From positions 259,287 through 323,286 of the forward strand of contig CAZFEE010000003.1 in NCBI GenBank assembly GCA_964517395.1: 64,000 bases of DNA, read 5' to 3'. The stretch comes from an uncultured Nocardioides sp. (GTDB lineage: Bacteria; Actinomycetota; Actinomycetes; Propionibacteriales; Nocardioidaceae). The first letter of the stretch is position 1; each line of letters opens with the position of its first letter. The position numbers and the translations under genes are program-made. Of the stretch, positions 42,501 through 51,262 are shown in pieces. The notes beneath the pieces were generated by a model that did no database searches, was not told where the DNA came from, and worked only from the letters and a program-made list of their open reading frames with translations.

Positions 42501-45500
42501 GTCCGGTGCGGGTACGACGCGCCTGGCCGAGGCGGTCACGCGTGACGGTCGTCAGGTTGCCCGTGGCGTCGCGCGTCCCCTGCGTGCCCCACAAGGCCGT
42601 CCGGTAGGGCGAGATGTCGATGCCGGCGAGGGTGGGCGTGCCCGTGGTGGTGGGGTTGCTCCCGTTGGCCAGCTGGTTGTTCGAGGTCGCGCCCCACACC
42701 CGGATCCGGCCGCCCTGGTCGGCCGTGGCGTAGGTGGCCCAGCCGCCAGCGATGGCGACCTGACCCGTCAGGTCGGGCACCGTGGTCGGTGCGGGCATCG
42801 CCCCGGCACTCGACCCGCCTCCGGACTGGCCGGTGTTGTTGAGCCCCCAGACCCGGACCGTGCCGTCGGCCATGAGCGAGGCGGCGCCGTAGGCGCTTCC
42901 GACGACCTGACGGACCGGACCGGCGGTCGTCCCCGGGCCGAGCGTGGTGACCTTGACGGGGGTGGTGCGCTGGGTCGTGGTGCCGTCGGCGAGCTCGCCG
43001 TAGGCGTTGTACCCCCACGACCACACGGTGCCGTCGCGGCCCACGGCGTACGACGAGGCGAACCCGCCGGAGAGCTGGCGGATGCCGGCGTCCTTCAGCG
43101 CGGTGACCTCTCCCGGGGTGGAGCGGTTGGTGGTCGTCCCCAGCCCGAGCTGACCGGTGTTGTTGGATCCCCACGCCCACGTCTTGCCGTCGGTGGTGAC
43201 CGCCATCGAGTGGACGTAGCCCGCCGCCATGGTGGAGACGTTGTCGAGGACCTTGACGGGTGCCGGCACCGCTGCCGTGGTGCCGTTGCCGACCTGTCCG
43301 ACGTTGTTGGCGCCCCAGCCCCACAGGCCGCCCTCGGCGTCGAGGGCGAGGGCGTGGCAGCCGCCGGCCACGACGGAGATGATGTTGGTCGGCAGTCCGC
43401 TGACCTTGTACGGCGTCGAGACCCCCGCCCCCGTGGCCCACACCTGACCGCTTCCGGTCAGGAAGACGGTGAAGGCGCAGCCCGAGAACGCACCGGTGGC
43501 GGACTGGGCGACCTGGACGGCGTTCGCGATCGGGTCGGCGCGGACCGGGTTCGCTCGCGCGGTGGTGCTGCCGTCGCCCAGCTCGCCGGAGGCGTTGCCG
43601 CCGGCGCCGGTCACCGTGCCGTCCGGGCCGACCGCGATGAGGGCGGTGTTCGACACGCTCAGCGAGTCGGAGGTGACGGGGGTCGAGGAGACCGTGTCGG
43701 TGTACCGGACGGAGGGCGGCGCGTTCGCGTCCGCCCAGGCCGCCGCCAGGTCCTTGCCGTGGCTGGCGTTGCGGTCCCAGGTCCGTGCGACGTTCCCGGC
43801 CGCGTCGTAGGCGTAGACGACCTTCTCCCCCGCCGGGTCGACGACGGCCTTGAGCCAACCGCCGGCCGACACCGAGCCCGACAGGTCGCAGGACGACCGG
43901 TTCTCGCCCGTGCAGCTCTGGACGATCGGGTAGTAGCGGTACTCGTAGGCGGAGGTGCTCGACGCGGCGTTCGCCTTGGGCGTGCGCATGAGCGTGCGCT
44001 GGCCCCTGCCGTTGTACTCGTACGTGGTGCACGACGACGCGTAGGAGGCCGAGGGGGTCGGCGCGACGGTGCTGCCCGCGGGCAGGTTGCCGGTGGGACG
44101 CCGACAGCTGCCGAGGGAGACGTTCTTGGCCGCGGGAGTGTCGACCTCGCACAACAGGCCGGTGTTGCCGCGCGGAGCGGTACCGCAGACCGTGGCTCCC
44201 GCGGTCTTGTTGGTGGAGGCCAGCTCACCGTCGGCCGGGATGTCGCGACGGAAGGACGTCAGGTACTCCCCCCAGGTGCCGGTGTTGCCGGGCGCATTGC
44301 CCCGCGGGGAGAGCTCCTGGATCTCGTCGACGACGGCGTAGAGCGTCTCCGGCTTGATGCGGGTCGCACCGCGAGCAGCGGTGTAGTGGGCCTGGATCCG
44401 GGCCGGGGGCAGGGCGGAGGTGTAGATGGCGAGCTCGTCGAGGCTCGACGCTCCCGCCGAGAGCGCGGACAGGGCGAGCGCGCTGGTCGAGGCGAACGGA
44501 CCGGAGAGGGTGTTCGAGTAGACCGCGGTCGGCGCCTGCTGGCCGTCGATCCAGATCTGGATCCCGGAGGCGTCGCCGACGCCGGTGTAGCGGAAGACGA
44601 CGTGGTGCCACTCGTTGTCCGCGACCGAGGTCGTCGAGTAGACGACCGCGCCCTGGGCGCTGGCGGCGTTGGAGTAGAGCGCGACGAACGGGAGGCCACC
44701 GTTGAGGCGTCCCGTCGACGCGTAGGCCGCGGCGCCGCCCCACTGGAAGGAGTACTCGGCGCCCGTGCCCGCGGCCTTCATCCAGGTCTCGACGGTGAAG
44801 TCGGAGTCGGCAGCACTCGTCCCTTGCGCGAATCCGGTGAGCGGGCTCACCGCACTGCCCCACCCGGTCGTCGACTCACCGAGCGCCGGGTTGCCGGACA
44901 CGATGCCCGGCTCGCCGAGCGTCACGCCCGCGCCGTAGCCGCCGTTGTTCGTGCCGGTGACGCTGCTCATGGTGGTGCCCGCCGTCTCGTCGAGACGCCA
45001 GTACGACAGCGGAGCGTCCTGCAGCACGGACTGCCGGTAGGTGCCGCCGGCCGCGGTGGCCTTGACGACGCCGTTGCCGCGGACGTGGTTGTTGAAGAAG
45101 CGCTGGTTCTTGTTCGCGTCGAAGTACTGCTCGTGGCTGCCCCACGTCGTGACCGACGAGTTGGCGTCGGTCCACTGCTGGGTCGCGTCGAGGAGGACCC
45201 GCTGGCGCAGGCGCTGCCCGAAGTCGCCGTAGAGGTAGTCGACGGCCTGGTCGTGGGCCGTCGTACCCGAGACGGTCGCGGTGCTCACGGATCCGGGCGT
45301 GAACGCGAGGTTCGAGGGCACCGCGCGACGGATCACCTGGCACAGGTTGTGGTTCATCGTCAGCGTCGGCTGCGAGCACGACGCGATGCCGCCGCTGGCG
45401 CCCATGCCGTCCCAGAAGTAGCCGGCCTGCGCGTAGTAGGTGCCCGAACCCGGGTCGTTCGCGTGGGACCCGGCGGTGGTTCCCTGCGCGATCTGCCCGA

Positions 45501-48500
45501 CGCGCCCCCAGGTGTCGATGGCGCTGTAGCGCACCCGGTGACAGTCGGCGCCGCACGAGGCGAGGGTGTCGAGCGCGGCCATGTCCGCCGTCGTGGAGAA
45601 GATGCCGCCGTTGGGGCTGGTCGCGGGGTCGGACCACGTGTACTTCGTCGCGAGGCCGTTCGCGCTGCCGCCCGGGGCGTTCGTCCGACGGTCCTTCACC
45701 AGGTCGATCCGGTCGGGGCCGAGCGGTGCCTCGACGTAGGAGAACGTGGTCCTCTCCCCGTTCGCGTCGGTCACCGAGCAGAGCTGGCCCGACGTGATCG
45801 TGCCGTTGACCGAGCCGGGACAGGGGTTGCCCGCGGTCGCGTAGGTGTAGGACGCGGTCGGGCTCGCCCCCGCGGTGGCGGAGAGCGGGTTGCCGGGCTC
45901 CCAGACCTGCAGGAGCAGCGGAAGCGTGAGGTCGCGCGACACGACGTACGACGTGACGCGGCCCGCCGTGTCGGTCACCTTGACGTGGCGGTTGTCGCCG
46001 GCGCCGCCGGCGTCGTAGTCGATGGTGGTCTTCGGGCACGCCGCACCCGAGGTGCAGGACGAGGACCGGATCTGGGTCGGGCCGTACTGGACGCCCGGGG
46101 TGTAGATGAGCTGCTCCCCCGCCGGGTCCGTGACCCGGAGCAGGTTGCCGAGGAGGTCGAAGTCGTACCGGACCCGGTCGGGCCGGACGAGCGACCAGCC
46201 GATCGAGAGGAGCTTGTTCTCCTCGGTGGCGCTCGCGCAGCCGCTGGCGCCCGTGCCGATGTAGCGGAAGAGGAACATGTTCGATCCGGGCGGACCGGCG
46301 TACGCCTGGTCGATGCAGAGCTTTCCGTAGACGAGACCCTCCACCGTCGACGTCAGCGTGAACGGCAGCGTCGCCGGGTTGAGCAGGTCCAGGATCGGCC
46401 CGGCGTCCGGGCTGTTGAGGTCGACCGGCAGGCTCGTCCCGCCGACGGTCGCCGCGACGGAGCGCAGCTTGAAGACGTGCCGGGTGCCGTCGCGGTCGAC
46501 GTACGGCATCGAGAGCGGCTGGAGCACCGTCTGGAGGTTCGGCAGGCTCAGCCCGAACAGCCCGAATCCCCCTGCGAACTCGCCGGTGTCCCCGATGTCG
46601 AACTGCCAGCCGGCGCCGATCGGGCCGCCAGCGGTCATGTGGTCCTGGGAGTTGTAGATGCGGCCCAGACCCATCGCCAGGCGACCCGGCATCTGGACCG
46701 GATCCGTGTCGTACTGCTTCACGACGAGGTTGCCGTTGGCGACGTTGACGCTGGCGCTGCCCCCGCCCCCGAGGTCGGTCGAGTCGAAGGTCCACCAGTC
46801 CTCGAGGCCGAGGCCGCCCCCGCAGACGGTGATGCGGGAGGAGACGGGTCCCGAGCTGCCGAGCAGCGAGGAGGCGACGGCGGGGACGTCGACCAGCTCG
46901 CAGCCCTTCTGGGTGCCGGCGACGGTGGCGAGGAACTCACCGACCCGGGTCTGTCCGGCGGGGATGGCGACGTTCCCGATGGTCGCCGTCAGGTCCTGCA
47001 CGATGCCGCACACGAGGCTTCCGCCGGTCTGACAGAGGTCGAGACCGGAGAGGCTCCCGCTGGCACCCCACGCGAACCCGGTCCCGGCGGCGAGCAGGGT
47101 GTCCTGCAGCGCGGAGACGATCGAGACGTGGTCGGCCGAGGCGATGTCGTTGACGCCGGCGTTGACCGCGGTCAGCGTCACCTTGATGGACTCACCGACC
47201 CAGACGGGGTCGCCCTGGCTCCACTCGTCGTCGCTGGCGTTGTCGATGCCGATCCCGATGACGGGCACGGCAGTGCTGTAGGTCCAGGTGTCGCCGAGGA
47301 AGGCGACCGCATCGGTCGTGCCCCCGAAGAGGACGACCTGCCCGTTGGGGGCGGGCGCCATGGCGCCGGACGCGCGGCCGGACGGGCTCGCGTTGCCGAC
47401 GGCCCGGGACCAGTCGTTGCCCGTCCAGGCCCACGTGTCGTTGCGGAGGGTGATGTTGGTGCCGTCCGTGTCGAGTCCGCCCGTGACGACGACGGCGCCG
47501 AGGCCCGGGTCGTACGTCATCATGTGCTCGCCCCGCTTGGGCGGCACGTGGGCCGGGGACTGGGAGGACCACGACGTCGCCGTCGCCGGCAGGATCCAGG
47601 TGTCGCTCAGGGTCCCGCAGTTGGGACAGGTCCCGCCGGAGCCGCCGAACAGCACCATCTGGCTCGTCGACTGCGAGTAGGCCAACCGGTGGTCGTAGCG
47701 CGCCGTGGGCGCACCGCTGACGCCGGTGGCCTGGACCTGCGTCCAGGCGTTGCTCTTCAGCTGCCACGTGTCGTTGCGGCCGCCGGAGGCGGTCTGCCCG
47801 CCGAAGAGGATCATCGCCGCGCGGTTCGGGTCGTAGGCCATGGCAGCCCCGGTGCGGGCGGTGGGGAGGGTGCCGGTCGGCGCGTCCTGGGCCCAGGTCG
47901 TCCCGTTCCAGGTCCACACGTCGTTGAGCGCGGTCGTCCCCGAGGACTGTCCGCCGAACATGACGAGCACTCCGCGCACCGGGTCCCAGGCGATCGCCGC
48001 CCGGCGCCGGGCTGACGGGCTCACGGTGGGGTACACGCGCGTCCAGCTGGACCCGTTCCACACCCAGGTCTCCGCGTTGAGGACGCCGCCCGCGCCACGG
48101 CCGCCGAAGAGCACGGTCTGTTGCCGGACGGGGTCGTAGGCCATCGCCGCACCGTCACGGTTGGACGGCTTCGACGCGGGGGTCGCCTGCACCCAGTTCG
48201 GGGCGAGGTACTCGCCTGCGGGCGGGGCCGCGGGGGGCGCATGCAGAACCGGCGCCGTCCGTGCACGCGACACGGTCGACGCCGGCGGCGCGACATCGGT
48301 GAGGACCCGGTCGCCGCGCGGCGAGCCGCGAGCGCTCACGGTCCTCGCGCGGACGCTGCCCGAGGAGGCGGCCACGTCGCTGCGGTGCGCGGCGCTCGAG
48401 GGCTGCGCCGAGGGCGCGGCGGCGGATCCATCACCGGGAGCGCCACCCGTACCGTCGTCGGCAGGGTCGTCGGAGGAGCCGGTGGCGGCGTCGGACGGCG

Positions 48501-49116
48501 CGCTGGACGGGTCGCTGCTCGGGTCGCCCGAGGGCTCGTCGGTCGGCCCGTCCGACGCGTCCTCCGACGGGGTCGTCGTCTCGTCGTCCGGCTGGGGAGC
48601 GGGCTTCGGGTCGGGTGCCGGGCGGAACCCGTCGGCGGTGCTGAAGAGCGGCGCGTCGAGGAGGTCGGCGGACTGCCCCGTGGGGTCGGCGACACAGATC
48701 TCGTCCGCGTCGACCCGGTCCCCCACGCCGGCCAGCTCGCCGCGAGCCGGCGCCTCGCCCTCGGGCTCGTCGCAGGACTTCCCGGGCTTGGTCCCCAGCG
48801 GGCCCTCCGGCTCCGTGGTGGGGGCGTCGGGTCCGTCGAGCGCGACGCCCTTCCCACCGCGGGGACGGTCCATCGCGTCGATGGGATCGACCTCGGTGTC
48901 GATCGCCTTGCCGGTGGCGGCCAGGGGCACGTAGGGCTCCTCGCGCTCGCTCGTGACGGCGATGACCGCGACGACCGAGGTGACGAGTGCCAGGCTGATG
49001 CCGGCGGCGATCGCGAGACCGCCCACCCGTCGGGGCCGTGGGCGCCGGCGGTTCCCGCCCTCGCCCGACCTGCCCTTGCCCGCCCCACGCTGCTGCGCCG
49101 CACCGCCAGAGAACAT
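36553..49116 (-). CDS. Giant Rhs/YD polymorphic toxin (~4190 aa): TM/signal anchor, low-complexity spacer, Kelch propeller, LamG, RCC1 propeller, Gly-rich domain, Rhs core, Hint (36925-37353), ADP-ribosyltransferase-like tip
   Basis: Kelch repeats P.AR...AMAYD....VLFGG...DTW.W. LSYWRLDE...WHHV...DELAIY (LamG). WGWG.N..GQ.G.GTT (RCC1). YD repeats. NTYSYVNGNPVNLLDSDG. SF...VLMADG..KPI...EDHPF...AYNLTVEGIHTY.V....LVHN. Tip LYHGT....A..I...G...GPGGFH.A....A..FA...E. ATG 49116 has a GGGAGG RBS. Confidence 0.93.
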   Translation of the reverse strand: MFSGGAAQQRGAGKGRSGEGGNRRRPRPRRVGGLAIAAGISLALVTSVVAVIAVTSEREEPYVPLAATGKAIDTEVDPIDAMDRPRGGKGVALDGPDAPTTEPEGPLGTKPGKSCDEPEGEAPARGELAGVGDRVDADEICVADPTGQSADLLDAPLFSTADGFRPAPDPKPAPQPDDETTTPSEDASDGPTDEPSGDPSSDPSSAPSDAATGSSDDPADDGTGGAPGDGSAAAPSAQPSSAAHRSDVAASSGSVRARTVSARGSPRGDRVLTDVAPPASTVSRARTAPVLHAPPAAPPAGEYLAPNWVQATPASKPSNRDGAAMAYDPVRQQTVLFGGRGAGGVLNAETWVWNGSSWTRVYPTVSPSARRRAAIAWDPVRGVLVMFGGQSSGTTALNDVWTWNGTTWAQDAPTGTLPTARTGAAMAYDPNRAAMILFGGQTASGGRNDTWQLKSNAWTQVQATGVSGAPTARYDHRLAYSQSTSQMVLFGGSGGTCPNCGTLSDTWILPATATSWSSQSPAHVPPKRGEHMMTYDPGLGAVVVTGGLDTDGTNITLRNDTWAWTGNDWSRAVGNASPSGRASGAMAPAPNGQVVLFGGTTDAVAFLGDTWTYSTAVPVIGIGIDNASDDEWSQGDPVWVGESIKVTLTAVNAGVNDIASADHVSIVSALQDTLLAAGTGFAWGASGSLSGLDLCQTGGSLVCGIVQDLTATIGNVAIPAGQTRVGEFLATVAGTQKGCELVDVPAVASSLLGSSGPVSSRITVCGGGLGLEDWWTFDSTDLGGGGSASVNVANGNLVVKQYDTDPVQMPGRLAMGLGRIYNSQDHMTAGGPIGAGWQFDIGDTGEFAGGFGLFGLSLPNLQTVLQPLSMPYVDRDGTRHVFKLRSVAATVGGTSLPVDLNSPDAGPILDLLNPATLPFTLTSTVEGLVYGKLCIDQAYAGPPGSNMFLFRYIGTGASGCASATEENKLLSIGWSLVRPDRVRYDFDLLGNLLRVTDPAGEQLIYTPGVQYGPTQIRSSSCTSGAACPKTTIDYDAGGAGDNRHVKVTDTAGRVTSYVVSRDLTLPLLLQVWEPGNPLSATAGASPTASYTYATAGNPCPGSVNGTITSGQLCSVTDANGERTTFSYVEAPLGPDRIDLVKDRRTNAPGGSANGLATKYTWSDPATSPNGGIFSTTADMAALDTLASCGADCHRVRYSAIDTWGRVGQIAQGTTAGSHANDPGSGTYYAQAGYFWDGMGASGGIASCSQPTLTMNHNLCQVIRRAVPSNLAFTPGSVSTATVSGTTAHDQAVDYLYGDFGQRLRQRVLLDATQQWTDANSSVTTWGSHEQYFDANKNQRFFNNHVRGNGVVKATAAGGTYRQSVLQDAPLSYWRLDETAGTTMSSVTGTNNGGYGAGVTLGEPGIVSGNPALGESTTGWGSAVSPLTGFAQGTSAADSDFTVETWMKAAGTGAEYSFQWGGAAAYASTGRLNGGLPFVALYSNAASAQGAVVYSTTSVADNEWHHVVFRYTGVGDASGIQIWIDGQQAPTAVYSNTLSGPFASTSALALSALSAGASSLDELAIYTSALPPARIQAHYTAARGATRIKPETLYAVVDEIQELSPRGNAPGNTGTWGEYLTSFRRDIPADGELASTNKTAGATVCGTAPRGNTGLLCEVDTPAAKNVSLGSCRRPTGNLPAGSTVAPTPSASYASSCTTYEYNGRGQRTLMRTPKANAASSTSAYEYRYYPIVQSCTGENRSSCDLSGSVSAGGWLKAVVDPAGEKVVYAYDAAGNVARTWDRNASHGKDLAAAWADANAPPSVRYTDTVSSTPVTSDSLSVSNTALIAVGPDGTVTGAGGNASGELGDGSTTARANPVRADPIANAVQVAQSATGAFSGCAFTVFLTGSGQVWATGAGVSTPYKVSGLPTNIISVVAGGCHALALDAEGGLWGWGANNVGQVGNGTTAAVPAPVKVLDNVSTMAAGYVHSMAVTTDGKTWAWGSNNTGQLGLGTTTNRSTPGEVTALKDAGIRQLSGGFASSYAVGRDGTVWSWGYNAYGELADGTTTQRTTPVKVTTLGPGTTAGPVRQVVGSAYGAASLMADGTVRVWGLNNTGQSGGGSSAGAMPAPTTVPDLTGQVAIAGGWATYATADQGGRIRVWGATSNNQLANGSNPTTTGTPTLAGIDISPYRTALWGTQGTRDATGNLTTVTRDRLGQARRTRTGRGHDITSSAYDRMVGYDAAGRPLWSAGAQHRSPGSTARTTYDPFGNPVKTVDARGVASRATYDALNRQVTSQVTRGVAADAPASCSGTATAAQWTAGQDGHRICTSQATYDGVGRQITLTDADGQVTTAHFDAADRKVRLDSPRNHDGVTTLSARWNYDREGRVLDACSPRQFAANEPGHTADSAAGCTSSGVYSRHLDYDAAGNVRSETRYRAGSGQPEPLVTAYGYDADRNTVSVTDANGHETTATYDLLDRREKQTVPRTASRSFTTRWDYDPSGNITAVRAPGSINTGSGADGHLVVDGSVAANSSDGIAHGAGNPFQVPDGAQYRNVTLQNGAHITSAVPNGLVLHATGTVTVCSTCVVTMTGKGSLGGPAGTGANNGNGSDAANPNPGNGGKGGSGGLLGLDPSGGGGGGHKTDGGNAGTAGSGPGLPGKASGTSDFATVGTDYLRGSGGGGGGGGKNLLGVAGAGGNGGGFVRITANRIVVNGSVDASGADGGVGSGSSGGGGGGAGGGIWLAAPDVDLAAATSLDVTGGTGGAGAGNREGGNGAAGYIRIDADAVTNEPAGADRTRAAMITSVSYDAANRPLDTIEGAQTLQADPTVDAGEFAVPDPNGMANTRTRAVYDADGRVVATLPPQAFSNAASLTAPNNSTVRRVDYDLDGLASASYAPRYDNSSGSTTTSVGSGNDGGGTVDQQAAQCTTGRVVDQAAGATNKAATNQNGYPSNYSVLPLTYGSQVGVCVTRTSYDAVGNVKRSWLPTSDGGASGTDNGYLEYSYTGDRLTATITAPDPNSGGRVTAARMRYDGVGREIWNQDANDNLTQTAYTGDGLVRRTVQQAYDPDDNTATGGTNGPLPTVNEVVDFSYDANGNQTKRDNADSSQPLDVTSQTWTSDDLVAQITAPGPDTTAGRTTAVTRYGYDAVGNVTQTWMPEAVENGKRPVRNEFTFDNLLSATHTPITDSSYRSVRYAYSPAGMKVATETARCTSASYADCTPGNTAFLTAGVVKLTYGANGRTASQVGRDRDPLEGPTTSITTTYAQNGGPAKVIDPTSGITTDVGYYLDGMTRRVSESGAGLSGTGSTNTYAYDAAGAVTVRTDKTGASGATADATITSSYRYNHAGLATSMYSDVLDVATSYTWDDAGRILTAQTGAHLAEWTWYPNDGVARSKTVASGTTIAEFRYEYDTNRNITKQTVTGTDGNYTNEYSYTPGQQVKGWTYTPAGGTQQTTTYGWDKNSNRTRVDVNVGGTSNVVTTGYNQDNSITSVDAPGTANDRTYTYNRAGLLTDDGCSTYTYDAFDRTEKQVTSGSASCGNDSRTTRYTYDGLDRQRSMQVTGSSKAGANRTTRSIYDGLGTEMVGQTEAVNGDRSGPTVLYQLDSGGTAVGYEQTGAGAGKAFLDHDGNGNVTSVVSTGHSLVCGARYDPFGTPVEAATGTETNGVCHNSGAASRATGNAAWYRGQVRDGSTGNYQLGTRTYNPGTGTFTTPDSYRVSNSATDLGVGTDPLTMNTYSYVNGNPVNLLDSDGHAPMCVREGTCKYDVTSAGAVPRASTAQEKYADAVSKRDATKKAIKDAEAMQAKEFDVKAVLIDVAKELSGIADIERCIFDKDIGACAMTILSVVGFGFGMAAKIKKLTKGVGKAIDAYKSFRKAQDLAKASLSKLRGGLDELNSSLKGLKKAADAEKKAARAKPAKVGGGGSKTTRKGRDNGTCSLARSFGASTLVLMADGTRKPIKDVQIGDLVLATDPVTGEQVAKRVTHLWVHHDDLTELVLNVDADGDGVPDRLVTTEDHPFWNATDQAWEGPEEFTAGDEVIDEQWNRIEVAGLDPGTTRRDLAYNLTVEGIHTYHVGAADVLVHNTGHDCGRTLYHGTDVESALDILNNGLDSARSGARHIDGPGGFHAATKYTDAEFFALRREPGAVLKIEFTDDAFEALQAAGARLGPIPLGPKSPRFSGDEMHIPDSAFELFNDLRRQGGIRVSP

Positions 49117-49293
49117 GCTCGCCTCCCGAAGGTCACCGATCGACCGTGGTCGGCATCTAACGCGGACCGAGCGCTCCGCACCATGGCCACAATTGACTAT
49201 TGCTGTCACCCCGACGCGTCCTCATGCTTGCCCGTGTTTGACAGCCGCGACGCGCGGGACGGTGCGGCGAAGGCGACCACGCGAGGAGCTGCC

Positions 49294-49665
49294 ATGACGC
49301 CGCGATCACGCCGACAACCACGGAGAATGCCGCTCTGGAGCGGGAACGACGTCTCCGCTCTGACCGGACCCCTCGCCCTGGTGGTCGCGGCCGGCATGGC
49401 CCTGGGCGGGTGCACGGGGGCCGACCCGGCCGAGGTCTCCGCCGTGGCTGACAAGTACACGGGGTCCGCCAATCCGTTGTCAGTACCGATAACGGACACC
49501 CAGGCGCGGTGTCGGGCCGAGGCCTATCTCGAGTCGGACCTGTCGGACGGAGCGCTCGACGACGTGCGGGCCGGCAAGCCGCCCACACCGCGCAACGATC
49601 GCGACGTCGAGGTCCTGGCCGAGCTGGCCACCGTGCTGGCGGAGTGCTTCGCGGACGGGGACTAG
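49294..49665 (+). CDS. Putative lipoprotein
   Basis: GAGGAG RBS. Basic N-terminus, hydrophobic stretch and LGGC lipobox. Divergent from the Rhs gene. Confidence 0.7.
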   Translation: MTPRSRRQPRRMPLWSGNDVSALTGPLALVVAAGMALGGCTGADPAEVSAVADKYTGSANPLSVPITDTQARCRAEAYLESDLSDGALDDVRAGKPPTPRNDRDVEVLAELATVLAECFADGD

Positions 49666-50099
49666 CGCCGAGGATCGACCACGGCCGCTCCCCTCGCCCG
49701 CACCGTCGACGTCGTCGCCGCACCGGGCAGTCCCAGCGGCAGGTCCAGCGGGGCGCTGAGCTCGACCACCACCCGGTCGTCCTCGACCGTGACGCCCGCC
49801 CGCAGCCCCGGATGGTCCCGCAGTGCACCGGTGTCGCGCAGGTACGCCAGCACCGCCCGCTCGGCCGCGCCGCGCGAGACCGTCAACGGGCCGCGGGCGA
49901 GTCCGTCGCCGTACACGTCCTCACCCTGCGCCCCGAGATCCGCGCCCTGGAGGGCGGCACCGTCGGCGAGCTCGTCGAGCCGCTGCCGGGTGAGGTACGC
50001 CGCGCTCGCGTCCACCACCACCGCGACGAGCAGCAGCACCACCGCCACGAACGCGATGAGCATCGGCGCAGCACTGCCGCGGAGGTCCGTCGCGGTCAC
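49662..50099 (-). CDS. Tad pilus assembly protein, TadG-like pseudopilin
   Basis: RG|SAAPMLIAF hydrophobic helix and L..LADGAAL.GA. GTGA coupling. Confidence 0.8.
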   Translation of the reverse strand: MTATDLRGSAAPMLIAFVAVVLLLVAVVVDASAAYLTRQRLDELADGAALQGADLGAQGEDVYGDGLARGPLTVSRGAAERAVLAYLRDTGALRDHPGLRAGVTVEDDRVVVELSAPLDLPLGLPGAATTSTVRARGAAVVDPRR

Positions 50100-50542
50100 G
50101 GGCCGGCCTCGCGGTAGCGGCCGATCGGCACCGTCTGCTCCGCCGTGAGCCGGAAGGTCGGGGCCCCCGCCCCGAGCACGTCCGGCAGCAACGGCAGGGC
50201 GACCGCGGACTCGACCCGCACCGTGATGACGGAGGTGCCGCGGTGGCACGCACGGGGGTACGGCGTGCAGGTCACCTCCACCCGGACCGGCACCTCGTCC
50301 AGGCCCTGGTCGGCGAGCGCCTGGCGAGCGACGGCCACGGCCCGCCGCTCGCCCGCGGCGTCGTCGGGCGCCAAGGCGTAGGCACGCGCCGCCGCCCGCG
50401 CCGCACCACTGACCCCGAAGGACCCGCGCTGGACCTCGAAGACCGACAGCACCACCCACAGCAGGGGCAGCAGCAGGAGGACGCCGAGCCACACGATCTC
50501 GACGAGACCGCTGCCGCGCTCGTCGCGGCGCGCGCGGCTCAC
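50096..50542 (-). CDS. TadE-like pseudopilin
   Basis: DERG|SGLVE prepilin site, TM helix, AARAAARA. Confidence 0.85.
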   Translation of the reverse strand: MSRARRDERGSGLVEIVWLGVLLLLPLLWVVLSVFEVQRGSFGVSGAARAAARAYALAPDDAAGERRAVAVARQALADQGLDEVPVRVEVTCTPYPRACHRGTSVITVRVESAVALPLLPDVLGAGAPTFRLTAEQTVPIGRYREAGP

Positions 50543-50940
50543 GGTGGATCCTCCTCGACCGCGCGCCCGGTGACGGTGAGCTCGACGGCCGGGCCACCGA
50601 GACCGAGCGCCGGCACCGCGGCATGAACGGTGATCTCGACCGCCGGCGCACCGGCCAGGGTGACCCGGCGGACGGCGACGTCGGTGGCGTAGCGGGCGCC
50701 GATCCCCTCGGCCACCTGCTCCCGCGTCCGCGCGACCCCGTCGGCCGGGCCCGCTCCCGCCGTCGCGGCCAGGCGGGCGCCCTCCGAGGCGGCCGCGGCG
50801 AGCGTCGTACGGACGTGGAGGACGAGGGCGACCTGGACGATGCCGAGCACGGCCGGCAGCAGGACCAGGGTGACCAGGGCGAAGTCGACCAGGGCTGAGC
50901 CGCGCTCGTCAGGCCCGCGCCGACCGGGCCGTCGGGTCAC
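50539..50940 (-). CDS. tadE: TadE family pseudopilin
   Basis: DERG|SALVDFALV and AAASEGARLAA. Confidence 0.85.
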   Translation of the reverse strand: MTRRPGRRGPDERGSALVDFALVTLVLLPAVLGIVQVALVLHVRTTLAAAASEGARLAATAGAGPADGVARTREQVAEGIGARYATDVAVRRVTLAGAPAVEITVHAAVPALGLGGPAVELTVTGRAVEEDPP

Positions 50941-51131
50941 TTCACCGAGCTCAGCGCGGACTCGAGCATGCCGACCAGCTGCGGGCGGGCCATGGTCCAG
51001 ATCGCCATCCCGATCGAGATCGTCATGATCGTGATGAGCACCCAGCCGGGCACGTCGCCGCGCTCGTCGGGCCGTCGGCGGCGACGGCGTCGACGGGACA
51101 CGTGGGCAAGGCTGTCGAACGGGCGGGGCAT
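50937..51131 (-). CDS. Flp-type major pilin (actinobacterial DVPGWV type)
   Basis: DERG|DVPGWVLITIMT; 64 aa; GGAAGGAA RBS. Confidence 0.85.
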   Translation of the reverse strand: MPRPFDSLAHVSRRRRRRRRPDERGDVPGWVLITIMTISIGMAIWTMARPQLVGMLESALSSVK

Positions 51132-51151
51132 AGGGGTTCCTTCCGAGAGGG

Positions 51152-51241
51152 TCAACCGGTGAGCGTGAGCCCGACGAAGCCGGGCCAGAAGGCGAACACG
51201 ACGGTCACGGGGAGCACGAGGAACACCACCGGGACCATCAT
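51152..51241 (-). pseudogene. tadC: 3' fragment of tadC (type II secretion F family), cut off by prophage integration
   Basis: My translation MMVPVVFLVLPVTVVFAFWPGFVGLTLTG* matches the last TM helix of actinobacterial TadC and sits directly before the pilin. An in-frame TAA precedes it, and the integrase begins 21 nt further on. Confidence 0.8.
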
Positions 51242-51262
51242 TTAGTTGGTACCCTCCCCGCC

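Noticed and set aside
51067..51098. Arg run (CGT/CGA/CGC repeats) in the pilin leader as a phase-variable tract
   Set aside because: Mixed codons in a basic prepilin leader; triplet changes would not shift the frame.
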